The translations under genes were made by a program, and so were the position numbers. A DNA stretch of 64,000 nt from Neoechinorhynchus agilis (lineage: Eukaryota; Animalia; Acanthocephala), in assembly GCA_051530055.1 (NCBI GenBank), contig CM121341.1, positions 5,806,784 to 5,870,783 on the forward strand, in the 5' to 3' direction. Every line of letters begins with the position of its first letter. The first letter of the stretch is position 1. Positions 60,847-64,000 of the stretch are shown here, piece by piece. The notes below the pieces were generated by a model that made no database searches, was not told the origin of the DNA, and saw only the letters and a program-made list of their open reading frames with translations.

Positions 60847-61944
60847 ATGTCTAAAATTCCTGGTCCACCTTCTGGTCAGCTATCAATAGCACTTGGAGCA
60901 TTGAGTGCCGATCAGCCAATGGAAAAAATCGACATTAAAAGGAGGAATGCTTATAAAGACGATGTAGTGATCCAAGTGGACTATTGTGGTCTTTGCCATA
61001 GTGATATACATGCAGCCAGGAATGAATGGAAAATTACATCGTATCCGTTAGTGCCAGGGCATGAAGTGACCGGTCGCGTAATGTCTTGTGGAAGTGCCGT
61101 AACCAAATTCAAATCCGGAGATAAAGTTGCCGTTGGCACATTCGTCGATAGTTGTCGATCGTGTCGCCAATGCAAGAGCGGCAATGAGGTCTACTGCGAA
61201 ACTCCCGGCGGACTCATTCTGACTTACAATACACCTTACAAAAAAGACGACTCTGAATGTACTTTAGGTGGATACAGCGATTGTATTGTGGTTGATCAGC
61301 AATACGTTTTTCATTTACCCGATAATCTTCCAATGGATAAAGCGGCACCGTTGTTATGCGCCGGAATCACCGTTTATTCTCCTTTAAAACGAGTTGGAGT
61401 AACTAATGGAACACGAGTGGCTGTTGCTGGTCTCGGCGGACTCGGTCACATGGCAGTTAAATTTGCAGTAGCAATGGGGGCACGAGTCGCGGTCATTAGT
61501 CGATCAGACAAAAAGAAGGAATTAGCTTTGAAAATGGGTGCATCGGAGTTCATTGTGACCGCTGATGCCAACCAAATGATTGCAAACGAACGAAAATTCG
61601 ACGTTATTGTCGATACCATCAGCGCTAAACACGATTACGATGCTTATTTGAATTTACTCGACGTTGGAGGAACAATGGTTATAGTCGGTGTACCGCCGGA
61701 AAAAATCAGGATTAATGGCATGTTACTGGCAATAAAGAGGCTGAACGTAACCGGATCTGCTACAGGATCAATCGAAGAAACCAAACAAATGCTTGAACTT
61801 TGTTCTCAAAAAAATATCACTTGCGATATTGAACTAATCACACCGGATCAACTAAATGAGGCATTCGATCGTACCGTAAAGGGGGATGTATGTTTCAGAT
61901 TTGTGATTGACTTGACTTATTTAAGAGAATCAACTGCTTTCTAA
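60847..61944 (+). CDS. Cinnamyl-ADH-family alcohol dehydrogenase, copy 2; intronless
   Basis: Same motifs as copy 1 (CGLCHSD, PGHEVTG, GLGGLGH). Confidence 0.95.
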   Translation: MSKIPGPPSGQLSIALGALSADQPMEKIDIKRRNAYKDDVVIQVDYCGLCHSDIHAARNEWKITSYPLVPGHEVTGRVMSCGSAVTKFKSGDKVAVGTFVDSCRSCRQCKSGNEVYCETPGGLILTYNTPYKKDDSECTLGGYSDCIVVDQQYVFHLPDNLPMDKAAPLLCAGITVYSPLKRVGVTNGTRVAVAGLGGLGHMAVKFAVAMGARVAVISRSDKKKELALKMGASEFIVTADANQMIANERKFDVIVDTISAKHDYDAYLNLLDVGGTMVIVGVPPEKIRINGMLLAIKRLNVTGSATGSIEETKQMLELCSQKNITCDIELITPDQLNEAFDRTVKGDVCFRFVIDLTYLRESTAF

Positions 61945-63611
61945 AATATGAAATAAAGTCCCTTTTTAGTCAACTTATAGATTTCAGTAACTTGTTAAGA
62001 TATCTTTAATTTAGAGCGACAATCAGATCTTTATCTGCCGATCTAAATAGCATCTATAATTCGATTTTATAACAAAAATTAGAAATTGATGTCTTGATTC
62101 TCAACAATTTTCATTGATATCACGACAGATTCAAGAAGTATTAAAACCTTCCCTTTAGACATTCCAAGTTCAATTTTGTCTTAAGCTTCAGGTTCTTGCT
62201 ACTATGATGATTTAATAAGCTTTAGACTTTCAGCAACATCCAAATTATGTCCACTCACCTTCGTGAAGTCAAGATCAGCAAGCAACAATGATTATCTTTC
62301 TTTGAATAACGAATTTTGCTTTCTCGAATACTCTTTGCATAGTTCAATTATGCGGATGAATAGTGAAAAATTCCAGTCCAGAAATTAATCGCACGGGAGA
62401 TCGAAGTTCTTGTTCTGTTCTAAAGCATTCAATGTTTTATTAATAATCCTATGGAAATTGAAAGGTATTTTCTATGTAAGAAGTATCGATTTCAATTTTG
62501 CGTTCTTGGTTAAGTAGTGATATGATCTTTTTTTAGAATTTTTTATATGTGGCTCAGACGGTAGTCTTTTGATGGATTTTTCTCCATACACGGCCGAATG
62601 GACACCCGCAGTCCACCGATTTTGGTCTGATCGGTGGACCGTGTGTCCATTCGACTGATATGATCATTAAAAAAACTGTCCAAAGAACAGTAAGCCAGAA
62701 TTTGCAGTTGAATATCATCTTACCCCAACCTATAAAAATATACAGGGAATTGCCTTGTTGTATTGTCGACAATTCTTTGCCATCCAAGTTATTCTTATTT
62801 ATCTTTTCCGAGGTTAAAATTCAACAGTTTTTATCTGCTTAAATGATGAAGGCAACCTTCGATGTGGGCATGGCTTTATTAAAAGCCCTCAACAGTGGTC
62901 CAGAATCAACGAAGACTGGGACTGCGGTGACTTCTGTAAACGTCAATCTTAACCATCTTTTCTTCGAGTGTTTTTGTGAGTACCCAAAGATACATTGGTC
63001 CTTTCGTTTGTTAATTAACAAATGAACGTATTATTATAACCGTCAACCGTGTATCTGGGAGAGAAAACAGTCGGGATTTCGGTTTGTTCAAGAACATTGA
63101 CTATTTGGAAACCAATTAAAGTTAATTCAAAAACGAAGGAAAACTCAAACATATTGGATTATTCACCATTGTGCGCATAGCTTTATCGCCAAGAGAAAAT
63201 TACAAACTTAAAATTATAGTCCTCTAATGTCTATTGTTTTAATTAATTCTTAATATAGCCGAAAAACTTCGGAAAATATTTGCCAATTCACAGTATTTGA
63301 AACTATCTCTAAGCGAAATTGACTCAAGTAATTTTTATTTATCGAATATTTTCGACGTGGTTTAATTTTAATTGGACAAACTCGTGATTTCGCTACACTC
63401 GAAAAATTTGAAATCATAGGTACTTTGGATGTAGTTTACAAGATTGAAAGTCAATCAGTAGGACATTGAACGAATCTTAATGCGCGAAATCTGATTGGCT
63501 ACACGATACTAAGTGTTAATTCCTCATTCCATCAAGAATTACATAGAAGAAATTGCGAATAACACAGAAAACATTGCAACTACTCGTATTCGGATCAAAA
63601 AAAAGCTAAAA

Positions 63612-63962
63612 ATGGCAGGAAAATCAATTTTGAAGAAACTTGACATCCCTAAGGACGAACTAAAGGAAAGACGAAGAGTCATGTTCGCTGATGATTTCAA
63701 CATGCAATTAACAAAAGTGCATTTGTTTGAATATTGTCGAAAAACTACAACAGAATTGGAATTCTCGCAATGGTCGCGAATACGAATGTATAATTATAAC
63801 AGAACGCAAGCAAACTACGAGCGCCTTGCGAAGGAAATGGACAAAAACAAACAACTAGATAATGAAATTGCACAAAACAGTCATGAAAATAATTCAAATG
63901 ATGTCCCAAACACTTTTGGTAACCCAGATTCGAATGCTGATGAGCGCCCCAAGTTGCATTAA
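63612..63962 (+). CDS. Small protein with a PPP1R3-like PP1-docking segment
   Basis: SILK motif (KSILKK) and RVxF motif in the context RRVMFADDFNMQLTKVHLF; no CBM21 domain in the ORF. Confidence 0.55.
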   Translation: MAGKSILKKLDIPKDELKERRRVMFADDFNMQLTKVHLFEYCRKTTTELEFSQWSRIRMYNYNRTQANYERLAKEMDKNKQLDNEIAQNSHENNSNDVPNTFGNPDSNADERPKLH

Positions 63963-64000
63963 TAAAACAATCTTAAATTAATTGCTCTGTAATTAGAATT

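Noticed and set aside
2149-63025. Many short antisense or overlapping ORFs in the track (e.g. 2149-2430, 4666-4866, 12443-12778, 22973-23293, 27284-27634, 38138-38422, 59182-59376)
   Set aside because: They are shadows of real genes on the opposite strand or frame, with no recognisable motifs.
304-63962. Stop-codon reassignment as the explanation for in-frame stops
   Set aside because: TAA, TAG and TGA all terminate intact genes here, most interruptions also change frame, and the inserts have no protein similarity.

Overview
AT-rich, gene-dense eukaryotic window from an invertebrate animal. An innexin is present and most canonical introns are short (about 35-120 nt); I cannot name the taxon from the sequence. 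Recognisable genes: PGPEP1, two 7TM/GPCR-like genes, an LRR protein, an NCS-type EF-hand protein, a T/K/L-type cyclin with a repeat-expanded N-terminus, a FUT10/11-type fucosyltransferase, an ABCC transporter, MPHOSPH6, RPS20, a PKD2-like channel, RNPC3 (U11/U12-65K), UBXN6, CHMP5, an innexin, two intronless CAD-type alcohol dehydrogenases and an RVxF PP1 interactor. Repeats include four tandem arrays, decayed CRE-like (RLE) non-LTR retroelements and a family of foldback palindromes. Main discovery candidate: alongside ordinary GT-AG introns, several conserved genes are interrupted by inserts that lack usable GT/AG ends, or whose GT-AG reading damages conserved motifs. The two ends of these inserts are complementary (7-21 bp stems, mismatches mostly G-U). 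Clear cases are PGPEP1, CHMP5, FUT10/11, a GPCR and PKD2; weaker cases are ABCC, UBXN6, a second 7TM gene and the innexin. This looks like a class of structure-defined, non-canonical introns in an animal, possibly seeded by foldback elements. No transcript data were available, so splice junctions are inferred from protein homology recalled from memory. The assembly also shows probable homopolymer indel errors, which weakens the cases that are only 1 nt off a canonical junction.
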